A stretch of 64,000 nucleotides of DNA, taken from NCBI GenBank assembly GCA_963707985.1, contig CAVPRW010000032.1:151919-215918 (forward strand). Reading direction: 5' to 3'. Source of the DNA: an uncultured Nitrospinota bacterium (GTDB lineage Bacteria; Tectomicrobia; Entotheonellia; J063; CAVPRW01). A model generated the notes under the pieces. It had not been told where the DNA came from. It was given only the letters and a program-made list of their open reading frames with translations, and did no database searches. A program made the translations under genes and the position numbers. Below are positions 38,811-49,608 of the stretch, piece by piece. How positions within the stretch are numbered: position 1 is the stretch's first letter; each line of letters opens with the position of its first letter.

Positions 38811-39485
38811 ATGATCCTCGACATGCATGTGCACACGCAAATCTCGCTGGACGCAACGGCTAGGATCGAAGAGTATTGCGAGGCGATCCTCAAGTACCGC
38901 GAGAGTTTCCCCATCGACGGCTTCGTCCTCACTGAACATCGGGTCATCGATACCGCGATGGACTACCGCAAACTTGGGGACCGGTACGACATCCAGATCT
39001 TTCAGGGGGTGGAAGTCGACGGCGATTTTGGGCACATCCTGCTGTATGGGGTTACCGACGAGTGTCTGCGCTATATCGATCTCGCCAATCGACGGCTCAA
39101 TGATCGAGAGGTCGTGCACATCATGAAAGAATGTGGCGGTATCGCCATCCCGGCACATCCCTTTCGGGAGTCGGTGCATGGCAGGGCCCTTGAAGAAAAA
39201 CGAGACTGGGTGGCTGGGGTAGAGATCATCGAGCAATTCAATGGGGCGAACTCTGAGGTGCAGAACGCCAAGGCGAGCGCCATTATCGCACGAGATGGCC
39301 TACGCGGCATCGGCGGCAGCGACGCGCATTATGTCAACTGGTTTTTGAAATGTGCGACGGTGTTCGAGCGCCGAGTAGAGACGATGCCAGCACTGGTCGA
39401 AGAGCTGTATGCCGGCCGGTTTGCACCGATGCAGTTGCCACAGTCCACCGATGCGGGCGAAAATCAGTCGCTGGGCACCAGCTGA
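38811..39485 (+). CDS. PHP-domain phosphoesterase
   Basis: DMHVHT, LTEH, GVEV, GHIL, AHPFR, GGSDAH. Confidence 0.9.
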   Translation: MILDMHVHTQISLDATARIEEYCEAILKYRESFPIDGFVLTEHRVIDTAMDYRKLGDRYDIQIFQGVEVDGDFGHILLYGVTDECLRYIDLANRRLNDREVVHIMKECGGIAIPAHPFRESVHGRALEEKRDWVAGVEIIEQFNGANSEVQNAKASAIIARDGLRGIGGSDAHYVNWFLKCATVFERRVETMPALVEELYAGRFAPMQLPQSTDAGENQSLGTS

Positions 39486-39582
39486 AGGCGGTTCATGGTC
39501 AAAAATCGCCTCTTGGCCCGATAATACGGGCATTCGAACCCTGGCGTGTCCCATCAGCGAGGTCTCACCGACCCCCTGTTTT

Positions 39583-40797
39583 TTACGCCCCAAATTTCTG
39601 CAACCGGCCAGCGTGTGCTAGTGCCAGCCCCATCAAGTTCATCATCGGTTGCCGGCTGAGCCCTCCAAGGGTACAGCTGCGTTCATCGTACTGCGTCACA
39701 GTGTCCGGGCGCACGGTCTTAGCCGAGAGAATGACTGGTACCGGGTGCCAACTGTGTCCCTTCAGCGCCGCTGGCGTCGAATGGTCGCCGGTCACCACCA
39801 GAACATCCGGTTGCAGGGATGTGAGCTGCGGTATGAGGCTGTCGACGAGCTCGAGCACGCGGACCTTACCATCGAAATCCCCGTCCTCACCCCGGCTGTC
39901 GGTATCTTTGATATGCAGGAAAAAGAAGTCGTAGTTCTCGTAATTGGCGCGGACGGCCGCGAACTCCGCTGGAATATCCGGCACGACCGGGTGGATGTCC
40001 ATTCCCAGCAGGTGTGCGATGCCACGATACATCGGGTAAATCGCCACCGCTAATGGCGTCAGACTAAAGCGTTCACGCAAACTCTTGTAGGGCATGAGCT
40101 TGGCATAGCCGCGTAATAACAGCATGTTTGCCCGGGGTTCCGCTGCGAGCACCTGACGGGCCTGGGTGAGAAACGACTGCAAGAGATCAGCTGTACGCTT
40201 GCCTCCTGGATCGAGCGGTGTTGGGTCAAGCGGCGGTACCCCAGTGAGCTGGGGATCAGTGTCGGCCACGTGGTCGGACAGCTCGTCGCCGCGCAAGACC
40301 AGCACTCCACGGTAATCTGCCTCAGTTTCGAAGAAGAACTCCACATCGTGCGGCAGCCTGATCTCAGCACGTAATTTCTCGGCAAGGCGGCGATTGGTCG
40401 CGCTGTCGATCCGACCCGCACGTCGATCGACGATCCGTCCAGCACTATCGACGGTGCAGAAATTCACGCGCGCAGCGACATCACGCGGTGTGAGTGGGAA
40501 ATCGATACCACACGCTGACAGGATGCCGCGGCCGATGTTGTGGACAATCGGGTGATAACCGAAGATCGCGAAATGGCCAGGACCGCTTCCGGGGGTGATC
40601 CCCGGTGCCACAGGATCAAAGAGGCCACACACTCCGCCAGCTACCAGGGCATCGAGGTTAGGCGTACGCGCCACCTGCAGCTCACTCCCACCCTTCTCGG
40701 GCACTTCCATGCCGCCCAGACCATCCATGACCAGAAAAATCATTTTCGCCTCGGTTTTGAAGGCTAATTGATCGAGTAGATCACTGTTTAGCAGCAT
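39583..40797 (-). CDS. apgM: 2,3-bisphosphoglycerate-independent phosphoglycerate mutase (ApgM type)
   Basis: VMDGLGG, TPGSGPGH, HIKDTDSRGEDG, TGDHSTP, HSWHPVP. Confidence 0.92.
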   Translation of the reverse strand: MLLNSDLLDQLAFKTEAKMIFLVMDGLGGMEVPEKGGSELQVARTPNLDALVAGGVCGLFDPVAPGITPGSGPGHFAIFGYHPIVHNIGRGILSACGIDFPLTPRDVAARVNFCTVDSAGRIVDRRAGRIDSATNRRLAEKLRAEIRLPHDVEFFFETEADYRGVLVLRGDELSDHVADTDPQLTGVPPLDPTPLDPGGKRTADLLQSFLTQARQVLAAEPRANMLLLRGYAKLMPYKSLRERFSLTPLAVAIYPMYRGIAHLLGMDIHPVVPDIPAEFAAVRANYENYDFFFLHIKDTDSRGEDGDFDGKVRVLELVDSLIPQLTSLQPDVLVVTGDHSTPAALKGHSWHPVPVILSAKTVRPDTVTQYDERSCTLGGLSRQPMMNLMGLALAHAGRLQKFGA

Positions 40798-41301
40798 CTC
40801 GCGTTCCCTCCTTCCTCTCCAAGCGGTGAAAATGCCGATGGAAGCGACGACCGACGTAGTATGCCGCTCTCACAAACTGGACCGGTGTGATGACGAACGC
40901 TGGGCATGGCGGTGTCGCGCTCAGGAGTTGTCCCCCGTGGGCATAATCGACAGAAAGTTGACCCAGTCTGTTCCCTTGGTCCTCTCTGCTCCATCATCGC
41001 TTCGACCTATGCTAAAGAGTTGTAACATCGTATGGTTTCCCCACTTTACTCGATCGTACTTGAGCAGTCAAGGCGTTTCGGCCAATGCTGTCTCGCCGCC
41101 CCTCTACAACTTCGCTCGATGGGCAGTGCCAAAGGCAGTGCCCATATGCCTGGAGAGTTTTTTTGACTTGCGACGACGAAAAAAGTAGAGTTCATACTGG
41201 CCCTGGAGCAGCCTCACCGGTGACGGCGAGTCAAGGGCAAACTCAGGAGCATAGAAGTCAGCGACAGGACTCATGGGACGGCAGCACGTGGGAGCGATGC
41301 G

Positions 41302-41895
41302 ATGAACCATGTGTGCGAGGTGATTACTGCAGCAAACGATCTGGCAGACCTTCTTCGATACGGCAAGAAGATGGTCGAACGCGGATTGGTGAGTGCCCAT
41401 GCGGGCAACATCAGTAGGCGCATCGGGAATGCGATGCTCATTAGCACGCGCGGGAGTATGCTCGACGAATTGGACGACAAGATCGTTCAGGTCACATTGG
41501 ACCCCCCGAGCCCCCTCGATCACGTGGCCTCCTCGGAACTCCCAATGCACCGAGCGATCTATCGGCACACAGACGCCACCGCAGTCTTTCACGGGCATGG
41601 ACGCTTCTCCATCATCGAATCCCTCACGACCGAGGCGGCGCTCCTCACCCCGCTGGACTCTGAAAGCGCCTATTATCTACCGGTGATTCCCATCATAGAG
41701 GCGCCACCGGGGACCGAAGAGCTTGGGCACGCTGCTGCTGTCGCTCTCAAAGAACACCGTGGGGCGCTGATTCGGGGGCATGGGGTGGTGACCAGGGGGA
41801 CGAGCATCGAGGACGCCTATGCCATGTTAGCGGTGATCGAGCAAGCCTGCCACATCCGCTACCATCTGGCCCTGGCGCGTGCGCTCAAGCGCTAA
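41302..41895 (+). CDS. Class II aldolase/adducin-family protein
   Basis: AGNISRR, ASSELPMHRAIY, HGH, LIRGHG. Confidence 0.9.
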   Translation: MNHVCEVITAANDLADLLRYGKKMVERGLVSAHAGNISRRIGNAMLISTRGSMLDELDDKIVQVTLDPPSPLDHVASSELPMHRAIYRHTDATAVFHGHGRFSIIESLTTEAALLTPLDSESAYYLPVIPIIEAPPGTEELGHAAAVALKEHRGALIRGHGVVTRGTSIEDAYAMLAVIEQACHIRYHLALARALKR

Positions 41896-42016
41896 AGGCA
41901 AGCCATGTGCTGTACCGCTGCGCGTAAGGGGGATAATGACACAGCTAGGATCAGCCCCCTTGCGCGTGGCGGCCGCAGCTTTTGCCCGGCGATCCCGCCT
42001 CTGTGGTACGACAATC

Positions 42017-42931
42017 TCAACGCTGACAGTATTGAATGATGGGCTCGGTAATCGCCTGCGGCATGTGGCCGCGCTCGGATAGGAAGGTGTAAAAATAACC
42101 AAACGCCTGCTTGGTCTCCGTAAGCTTCCGTTTGGAAACGCGCTCACGTTCCAGCAAAAACTCCCGCAGATAGGTATCGATCTCGTCACGGGTCATGTCG
42201 GTGAGCCTTCCCACCTCATAAGCGGCAAGATAGTCGTCAACGAAGCCTTGCAGCATCTCATCATAGTTCACCCGATCCTCACGGGCGACACCACGGTCCT
42301 TCAAATAGTCCTGGAACTCATCCAACAAGAGGTCAGCCTGTTCGTAGATCGCCTCGACGTCGACACCTCCGGACAACTCCTCCTCGTCCTCTTCATCTTC
42401 ATCATCCTCGAAGTCTTCGTCCTCCTCGTCTTCTTCATCTTCATCATCCTCGAAGTCATCATCCTCGTCGTCATCATACAGCTCATCCTCATCGATCACC
42501 TCGTCGTCTTCCTCAGCATCGAAGCCTTCCACCCCGAGCATTCCGAGCGTTTGAGGGTGACGAGTGCCCATTCTCAGAATGAGCTCGACGAGCTCGCCAT
42601 GGGAATATTGCTCCAGTTGCGTTGCCAATATACGCAAATCATAAAAGCTCTGGGGCTCCTCGATATAGGTTAGGCCTAACGCGATAGCGTGCCGGCAAAA
42701 TCCCGGATCCGAGGTGCAACTGCAGGTTGGAGTCAAGGTCGAAGCCTCGATCGTCAGTGAAACCGAAAAAACGCCGTGGGGTCCAGCCACATGCCCGGAA
42801 ATGGCAGGGCCGGAGCGGAGCCGATGCGTGAACTCGCGCACATATGGCTGCGCGCGGTGGAAGGTTTTCTCATCGATAACCTGGGCCAATTGTTCTTCCG
42901 TCAACGTCAACGGCCCGATTTGTTCCGCCAT
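42017..42931 (-). CDS. SWIM Zn-finger protein with a long acidic tract and helical C-terminal domain
   Basis: CSC-x6-CRH SWIM motif; about 48-residue D/E-rich tract. Confidence 0.8.
   Translation of the reverse strand: MAEQIGPLTLTEEQLAQVIDEKTFHRAQPYVREFTHRLRSGPAISGHVAGPHGVFSVSLTIEASTLTPTCSCTSDPGFCRHAIALGLTYIEEPQSFYDLRILATQLEQYSHGELVELILRMGTRHPQTLGMLGVEGFDAEEDDEVIDEDELYDDDEDDDFEDDEDEEDEEDEDFEDDEDEEDEEELSGGVDVEAIYEQADLLLDEFQDYLKDRGVAREDRVNYDEMLQGFVDDYLAAYEVGRLTDMTRDEIDTYLREFLLERERVSKRKLTETKQAFGYFYTFLSERGHMPQAITEPIIQYCQR
42380..42457. repeat. Direct repeat with 42-bp period inside the acidic tract
   Basis: 36-nt copies at 42380 and 42422 with one mismatch, encoding DFEDDEDEEDEE twice. Confidence 0.8.
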
Positions 42932-43192
42932 GAATTGACCCTCCGCCAACCCACACTCGCTAAACCGACACTCAGCCACCACATGGATGACGATTCACAC
43001 GAATCCTGTGATATGAGAAATCCTATGGGGCTAATGGCATGATGAAGACGTCCGACTTTTGGCTGCTACCAGCATATCAACTCGCCCGGCGATGTCAAGA
43101 ATCTCCTGGTGGCCCCCGCGACAGCTCTGGTATAGACCGTTATGTCCTGTGCACGACGAGCCTGCCAACGCATGAGGTTGCGCCATAGAAGC

Positions 43193-44398
43193 TCACCAAG
43201 CGCGCTCGAGCAGTTCGAGGACGTCGGCGGCGCCAGTAATCGGACGTGGATTCTCCATCGTCGGCACCTCTTCCAAGACGGCCTCCGCCAGCGCGCTAAA
43301 ATCGCGCTCATGCACCCCCACGTCACGCAGGCGCATCGGACAGTCCAGCTCACTGATGAGATGGCGTACTGCGTCAATGGCGGCGCTCGCCGCCTGCTCC
43401 GTGGTCATTTGGCGCGTGTCCAGCCCTGCGGCCTCGGCCACCAGCGCCAGTCGATCGGCAACCACCGGTCGGTTGAACTCCATCGCATGCGGCAGCATGA
43501 TGCAGGAGGTTTGTCCATGTGGTACATGGCAATGGCCGCCGAGCTGATGCCCAATGGCATGGCTGATACCAGTGCGCACGCTGCCGAAGCCCACGATCGA
43601 CATCCAGGCTCCCAGTTGACAATGGAGGCGCGCGCCGAGATTCTCTGGGGCGTGCGTGGCGCGCGGCAGATGTTGGAAGAGATACCGCAGCGCCTGCTGG
43701 CAGAGGGTATCTGAAAGCGGATTGTGTTTCGGAGAATACAGACGTTCCACGGCATGATCAACGGCCCGCATCCCGGTCGAGGCCCACAGCCACGCTGGTG
43801 TGTCGACCGTCATCTCCGAATCGAGAATAACGATGCGTGGCGTCATCTGGGGAGCCCCGAAGCTCTCCTTGACGCCGCGCACGGGATCGGTAATGCCGAC
43901 ACCACTGGTAAATTCCCCAGCCGACAGCGTGGTGGTGACGGCGATGTGCGGTATGGGCTTTCCCTTGTACTGCGGTGTAAAGCGCAGGCCACGCGGACCT
44001 CGCACACGATAAGGGTCGAGTTGGGCCGTGGTCGAGATATCTTCGGCGAGGCAGAGCGCCACCCCTTTCGTGCCATCGACCGGGCTGCCCCCACCCAGGC
44101 TCACCAGGACGTCTGCGTTCACGGCTCTGGCACGCGCGGCGGCGGCGACCACATCCGGCCGTGGCGTGTGCTGTGCAATGGGATAGAAGACCTCGACGAA
44201 GCGCGGCCCGAGTACCTCCTGCACCCGCCTCAGCAGGTCGGTCTTGGTGGCAATCGTCGTACCGGTAATGACGAACGCTCGCTGGCAGCCCAGGCGATCG
44301 ATTTCGGTGGCAAGCTGTACTACTGAACCTTTCCCGAAAATGACACGCTCTTGAGGGAGAAACGTGAAGGCACCCTGCAAGTCGGAAGTGAACTCCAT
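43193..44398 (-). CDS. Iron-containing alcohol dehydrogenase (maleylacetate reductase-like)
   Basis: LGGGSPVD, TTLSAGEFT, DHAVE, HAIGH, VPHG. Confidence 0.9.
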   Translation of the reverse strand: MEFTSDLQGAFTFLPQERVIFGKGSVVQLATEIDRLGCQRAFVITGTTIATKTDLLRRVQEVLGPRFVEVFYPIAQHTPRPDVVAAAARARAVNADVLVSLGGGSPVDGTKGVALCLAEDISTTAQLDPYRVRGPRGLRFTPQYKGKPIPHIAVTTTLSAGEFTSGVGITDPVRGVKESFGAPQMTPRIVILDSEMTVDTPAWLWASTGMRAVDHAVERLYSPKHNPLSDTLCQQALRYLFQHLPRATHAPENLGARLHCQLGAWMSIVGFGSVRTGISHAIGHQLGGHCHVPHGQTSCIMLPHAMEFNRPVVADRLALVAEAAGLDTRQMTTEQAASAAIDAVRHLISELDCPMRLRDVGVHERDFSALAEAVLEEVPTMENPRPITGAADVLELLERAW

Positions 44399-44664
44399 GG
44401 GATGAACCCCTTTCTGAACAGCCGTCAAACTCTCCACAGGAGAGAGATTCTCTCGCCGTCGGCGACACTGGCGCCTTTGTAACATAGCCCTGGCCGAAAT
44501 GGCAAGCAGACCCCATGTGCGGCCATGACTGCGAGGGAGTTGTGGATTCTCTGGAGGTATGCTAGAAGAATGATGGCCCCTGCCATCCGGCTTTCCCGCT
44601 CCGTGCTGGCTTGGCATACCGCGGTGCCCCCCAGTAAATCCAGTCCAGCCGGGCAAAGAGAAAG

Positions 44665-45102
44665 ATGTTGCACGAAACCAAGGTTATTTGCGGGAGAGGC
44701 AGGATAGTCATTGCCTTGTGCATCGCGATGGGCATTTTGGGGTGCTCGCGGGACCATGGCGCACAAGGGGTAGCGGACCAATTCATGCAAGCGTACTATG
44801 TGCGGATCGATCAAGCACAAGCGCTAGAGTTTGCCACCGGCCTCGCCCACGAGCGCTTGCGACAGGAGCTGCAGCAGGTTGCCCCTCTGCGGCGAGGAAG
44901 CAACCTCGAGCAGGCACGGCCGAAGGTGTCCTACACCCTGGCCCGTACCCAACCCGAAGGCCGACAGGTCCTGCTCGTCTACGACCTCACCATCACTCCC
45001 TCACAGGTCAAGCCGATGCTCAAGAAAATACTCATCATTACTGAGCAGCTCGGCGACCAGTGGAAGGTAATCAATTTTACCGAGACGGATACCACTCCCT
45101 GA
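44665..45102 (+). CDS. Hypothetical lipoprotein
   Basis: Hydrophobic leader with ILGC lipobox-like motif. Confidence 0.6.
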   Translation: MLHETKVICGRGRIVIALCIAMGILGCSRDHGAQGVADQFMQAYYVRIDQAQALEFATGLAHERLRQELQQVAPLRRGSNLEQARPKVSYTLARTQPEGRQVLLVYDLTITPSQVKPMLKKILIITEQLGDQWKVINFTETDTTP

Positions 45103-45978
45103 TCATTGGTCCTTGGGCAACACAAAGGTCTGCCCATGTTGCAGAATCTGCACTCGACCGTCGAAGCCATTTTCGGCGCTGAGCCGAGCCAGCCAGGTGG
45201 GGGGCTCGTGGATCGGCTCATAGGACAAACGGAACGTCCCCCAGTGGATGGGTACCATGTAGCGCCCCTGCATGTCTTCAAAGGCCTGCAAGGCATCCTC
45301 GGGGTTACAATGCACCTGTCGAAAGGACGATGGTTGATAGGCGCCGATGGGGATGAGCGCGAGATCGATGGGAAAAGTACGCCCTATCTCGAGGAATCCT
45401 TTGAAATAGGCTGTATCACCGGCAAAATAGACATGATGCCCCTGGCGTTCGATGACAAAGCCCCCATAGCCGCGGTCGCGATCGCGCGGCGTGCGACGAC
45501 CCCAGTGATTGGCCGGGACATGGATCACCTTGAAGCCATCGCCCTCGTAGTCTTCCCACCAATTTAGTTCGTACACTCGATGAAATCCTAGGGGTGTGAT
45601 CAGCTCAGCCAACCCAGTGGGAACGATCACCGGTACGTCCTTCGCCAATTTACGCAATGATGGCTTGACGAGATGATCAAAGTGTGCATGGGACACCACC
45701 ACGAGATCGAGTGGTGGCAGGTGATGGATGGGGATTCCCGGCTCGACCAGACGTTTCGGCACGATGACCCGTGGTGCGAAGTTTGGGTCGGTCAAGATGT
45801 TGAGACCCTTCCACTGCAGCAGGACTGTGGCATGACCGACGAACGTCGCCGCGAGGTCATCTGGGCCGATTTGGGCATAGCGGTGATCCGATGTGGCAGG
45901 GTGCGTGCGGTCGAACGCTGTACGCATCATATGCAAGGTAAAACGTGAGAGGCGATATCGCCGTCCACGGATGAGCAT
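45103..45978 (-). CDS. MBL-fold metallo-hydrolase (NAPE-PLD/RomA-like)
   Basis: GHATVL, LTDP, SHAHFDHL, FAGDT, PIHWGTF. Confidence 0.9.
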   Translation of the reverse strand: MLIRGRRYRLSRFTLHMMRTAFDRTHPATSDHRYAQIGPDDLAATFVGHATVLLQWKGLNILTDPNFAPRVIVPKRLVEPGIPIHHLPPLDLVVVSHAHFDHLVKPSLRKLAKDVPVIVPTGLAELITPLGFHRVYELNWWEDYEGDGFKVIHVPANHWGRRTPRDRDRGYGGFVIERQGHHVYFAGDTAYFKGFLEIGRTFPIDLALIPIGAYQPSSFRQVHCNPEDALQAFEDMQGRYMVPIHWGTFRLSYEPIHEPPTWLARLSAENGFDGRVQILQHGQTFVLPKDQ

Positions 45979-46192
45979 CCATGATCTCCTATATGTGCAA
46001 TGGACGGTGGCATTATACCGTCCGATCTCGTCTGAACTACACTGCATATCCACGAATGAATATAGCACCGCAGGCCAAGGCAATGCCCCTCAAGCGCCAT
46101 AGCGATCATCGGGAGCTCGCCACACGAGGGGCACTACGAGCGGCTGGATAATCATGGGGGGGTAGGTTTGACCGGGAGGTGAGCGGACCGCG

Positions 46193-46993
46193 TCAAGAGT
46201 TTTTTTCAAGCATCACAGTGATCCCGACACTGAATTCATGCCCGCAATGGGTGCAGGTGTAGTGAATGCCCTCGCGACGGTCAAATACGCTGACGCAGGT
46301 TTGCGTCGCGCCGCAACTGGGGCAACGAGGGGTGCGTTCAGGCTCCTGTAACTGACGTAGCGCCTGGTCGAAATATTCCAGTCGTGGCAGCGGGAACGTT
46401 ACACCAGCTGGAATTTCCATGATCTTGCGCGCCATCGTCTCCTCAAGCTGTGCCAGTTCTTGACGTACACGCCCATCGCCGACGGACCTGCTGAGGTCGT
46501 CCACGATGGTGCGCAATTCGTCGATGACCCGGACCTTATGGCTTTCGGCCATCTGCGAGATGGTAGTCTGATTTTTCAAGGTGAACTCACGCAAAAATTC
46601 CATCATGATCTCAGCCGCCAACGTTGTCTTTGCCACTGACTCACGAGCGTGCTCTTGCAATACGAGATGGCGCGCATGGTAACGCCTGCCATGATGCACA
46701 GTGAACATCGACAAGATCAATACGACGATCATCACTACGATCGCCTCCACGCTCACACGATCGGTGACCGTCGCCCAGATAAAGAGCGCGCTGAAGACCA
46801 ACGCCCCGATGCCGATTACGGCAGTCTCGACCAATACGCGCCAGTCCGCCTCGACCGACTGTATGGCGGTGCATAAGGCGCGCCGCAGGAGTGTCGTGAC
46901 GGGCGCCTGTGTCCTGGACATCTCAGGCGAGGCTGCGCCCTCGGCATCATTGACAAGCGGCTGCACCTGACGCATGCGATCGAAGAGTCCCAT
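46193..46993 (-). CDS. Hypothetical two-TM protein with C-terminal Zn ribbon
   Basis: Two hydrophobic helices; CPSC...CTHC. Confidence 0.7.
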   Translation of the reverse strand: MGLFDRMRQVQPLVNDAEGAASPEMSRTQAPVTTLLRRALCTAIQSVEADWRVLVETAVIGIGALVFSALFIWATVTDRVSVEAIVVMIVVLILSMFTVHHGRRYHARHLVLQEHARESVAKTTLAAEIMMEFLREFTLKNQTTISQMAESHKVRVIDELRTIVDDLSRSVGDGRVRQELAQLEETMARKIMEIPAGVTFPLPRLEYFDQALRQLQEPERTPRCPSCGATQTCVSVFDRREGIHYTCTHCGHEFSVGITVMLEKNS

Positions 46994-47055
46994 GCTCTCC
47001 CCTCAGCTGATATATCACGAGCCACCGTGGTAGCGGATGACCTCGACAACTGGGT

Positions 47056-48156
47056 TTACAAGAGGTCGTAGCGTCCCTCTCGTTCCAGGAGCTCGACGAG
47101 CTTGCGAACATCCTGATCACGTTCCTTCGGGCAGATGAGCAATACATCATCGGTCTCAATCACGACCAGGTCGTTGAGTCCAATCGTCGCCACCAGCTTG
47201 CCCGGGCTATGGATGAAGCAGCCAGCCGTATCAATGCCGCGCTGTTCTCCAATCACCACATTGCCCTGCGCATCCGCATCAAGGAGATCGCTGAGGGCCC
47301 GCCAACTTCCCACATCGCTCCAGCCGATGTCCGCGGGAACTACCCAGACATCTTGAGCCCGTTCCATGACCCCCACGTCGATAGAAACTGAGGGCAGTCG
47401 CGGATACACGTCGTTCAGCGCATCTGCCAGGGCATCGCCGACGGTGATGTCGGCCACTGGCTCAAGAGTGTGTGCGAGTTGGGGCAGATGGTGGCAGAGC
47501 TCGAGCCAAATCGAGTCGGCACGCCAGACAAACATACCGCTGTTCCAAACGTATGTGCCCGCGGCCAGGAACTGCTCAGCCGTGTGACGCGAGGGCTTCT
47601 CGACGAATTGCGCCACGCGAAAGACCGCCCGGCCATCGACCTGTAGTCGGTCCGCGCCGGCCTGTATATAGCCATAGCCGGTTTCCGGATGAGTCGGTTG
47701 AATACCGATGGTGACCAGACGATTCAACGGTTGAGCCACGACCGCAGCCACTTGAAGCACCTGTAGAAACTCGGGCTCATGACGAATGAGATGGTCAGCG
47801 GGTAAGACCGCCATCACCGCATCAGGACAACGTTGGCGTAGCCACAGCGCGGCCCAGGCCACACAGGCGGCAGTGTTTCGCCCAACCGGCTCGAACAAAA
47901 AATTCTCGGCTGGAAGCTGCGGCAGACAGGCCCGGATCGGATCGCGATAGGTATGCCCCGCCACTACCAGCGTGCGCTCCGCTGGGATCAGGGGGCTGAT
48001 CCTGGCCACGGTTTGCTCGATCATCGTCGTTTCCCCGACGATATTGAGCAACTGTTTCGGCATCTTGCGGCGGCTTCTGGGCCAGAAGCGTGTACCTTGC
48101 CCACCCGCCATAATCACTGCGTAGACCTCGTGATGCTGCAGTGCCGTCTCACTCAC
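47056..48156 (-). CDS. manC: Mannose-1-phosphate guanylyltransferase
   Basis: MAGGQGTRFWP.SR..PKQ, EPVGRNTA, GYGYI, FVEKP, WSDVGSW. Confidence 0.93.
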   Translation of the reverse strand: MSETALQHHEVYAVIMAGGQGTRFWPRSRRKMPKQLLNIVGETTMIEQTVARISPLIPAERTLVVAGHTYRDPIRACLPQLPAENFLFEPVGRNTAACVAWAALWLRQRCPDAVMAVLPADHLIRHEPEFLQVLQVAAVVAQPLNRLVTIGIQPTHPETGYGYIQAGADRLQVDGRAVFRVAQFVEKPSRHTAEQFLAAGTYVWNSGMFVWRADSIWLELCHHLPQLAHTLEPVADITVGDALADALNDVYPRLPSVSIDVGVMERAQDVWVVPADIGWSDVGSWRALSDLLDADAQGNVVIGEQRGIDTAGCFIHSPGKLVATIGLNDLVVIETDDVLLICPKERDQDVRKLVELLEREGRYDLL

Positions 48157-48691
48157 ACTGCCACCCCCATGCTGTGACCCATGGCATCGTTGCTTGTTGG
48201 CCGTGGAATGCTGGGCGTTCTGCAGCACCCCGCGGCTGAGCGTATTATACCGAATTTTCCACTTTCCGCCGCCGAAATGCGCCGAGACGCGTCACCGTGT
48301 TGCTTGATGGTATCAGGCGGTGCCCTGCACGGGGTCCCGCCACGTCTTGTCCTCTCTTCCAGGAGGATGACGCCGGCCGCTTCACCAACCGTGTGACCTG
48401 GAAAGCGCTCCGTAGTCGCGGTCTGTGGTCCGCCAGGACAGGTCTCCACCCCCTGCTGGGCGTCCAGGACACACGCCTCAGGGCTCCCAAGGCCTCCCCG
48501 TTCCACTCGAAGGTGAGATGGAAGCGTAAAACGACAGCACCTGTGAGAAGCCCTCCAGACCATGCTGCCTGTTCGCGATAACCAGTCTAGTTGGGAAGGT
48601 GCCCCACCAAGGCCCTCGGAGGCCTGGATGGCTGATGTCATCCGGCATGTGATGAACCATCGGGCATAGCCCCACAGTCCGCGGCATACGG

Positions 48692-49252
48692 TCAGGCAGC
48701 TGATGTGGCAAAGGAGAGGGTATAAATAGCCGGCAAGTGGCGGTAGCGCTCACCATAGTCGATGCCATAGCCCACGACAAAGCCGTCCGGCACGTCAAAT
48801 CCTTTGTAGTCGGGGGTGATATCGTATATTCGCTTGATACGTTTGCTGAGGAGGACGCAGAGCTTGAGCGAGGCCGGCTGACGAGCCCGCAGTCGCTCAA
48901 GTAGAAAGCCGAGGGTCAGCCCTGTATCGAGGATATCCTCCACAATCAGCACATGTTGGCCGGCGATGGACGCCTCCAGATCCAAAATCACGCGCACATG
49001 ACCGGCGGATGTGGCGCCTTTTCCATAGCTTGCCAGCCGAACGAACTCGACTTGCGCCGGAATCTCTATAGCGCGCAGGAGATCCGCGAGAAACACAAAC
49101 GCCCCCTTCAAGACCCCAACCAGCAGCAGATCTTTCCCCTTATAGTCGCGACTGATCTGGATGGCGAGCTCCTTGACGCGAGCGGCGACGGCTTCACACG
49201 ATAACAGCAATGAGAGCGTGAGGTGTTCTGGGGTTTTCAGCTGTGTGCTCAT
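48692..49252 (-). CDS. hpt: Hypoxanthine phosphoribosyltransferase
   Basis: VLKGAFVFLADL, LIVEDILDTGLTL, FVVGYGIDY. Confidence 0.95.
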   Translation of the reverse strand: MSTQLKTPEHLTLSLLLSCEAVAARVKELAIQISRDYKGKDLLLVGVLKGAFVFLADLLRAIEIPAQVEFVRLASYGKGATSAGHVRVILDLEASIAGQHVLIVEDILDTGLTLGFLLERLRARQPASLKLCVLLSKRIKRIYDITPDYKGFDVPDGFVVGYGIDYGERYRHLPAIYTLSFATSAA

Positions 49253-49381
49253 CCTGAAGTCCTCCTCCTCAACCTGCACCATCGCGATCCCCTGGTGATG
49301 TTCTCCGGCCGCAAGGAACTGACAGGAGCGCGACCAGACAAATGGCCGCAGCGCCAACGATCTCCGTTGGACGACTACGGA

Positions 49382-49397
49382 TGCAAGCGGCTTGCCA
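49382..49397 (-). promoter_or_regulatory. sigma54 promoter upstream of hpt
   Basis: Minus strand reads TGGCAAGCCGCTTGCA. Confidence 0.72.
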
Positions 49398-49608
49398 TGC
49401 AGAAACCAACGACAGGCGGGGTACATTAGCGTATGGTTGCCTAACGGGATCTTCTGCCCCATCGATGGAATAGTTGGCCCTCGAGGAGGATCGGAAAGGT
49501 ACACGTTGAGAACTTTTCTTTGACGAGTTGCCACCGGAGACTACCGCTCGAAGATTCAGCGCTTTTACCTGACTACCCTCGAATGCTCTGCCATGTGTCG
49601 ACATCGCT

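Noticed and set aside
41230..41300. c-di-GMP-I riboswitch suggested by GGGCAAAC
   Set aside because: The GNRA-capped P2 stem and downstream GCAAAG/P3 elements are not present.
42017..42340. Integron integrase or Xer recombinase for the cassette array
   Set aside because: At most a core-binding-like domain; no R-H-R-Y catalytic domain, and it is 34 kb from the array.
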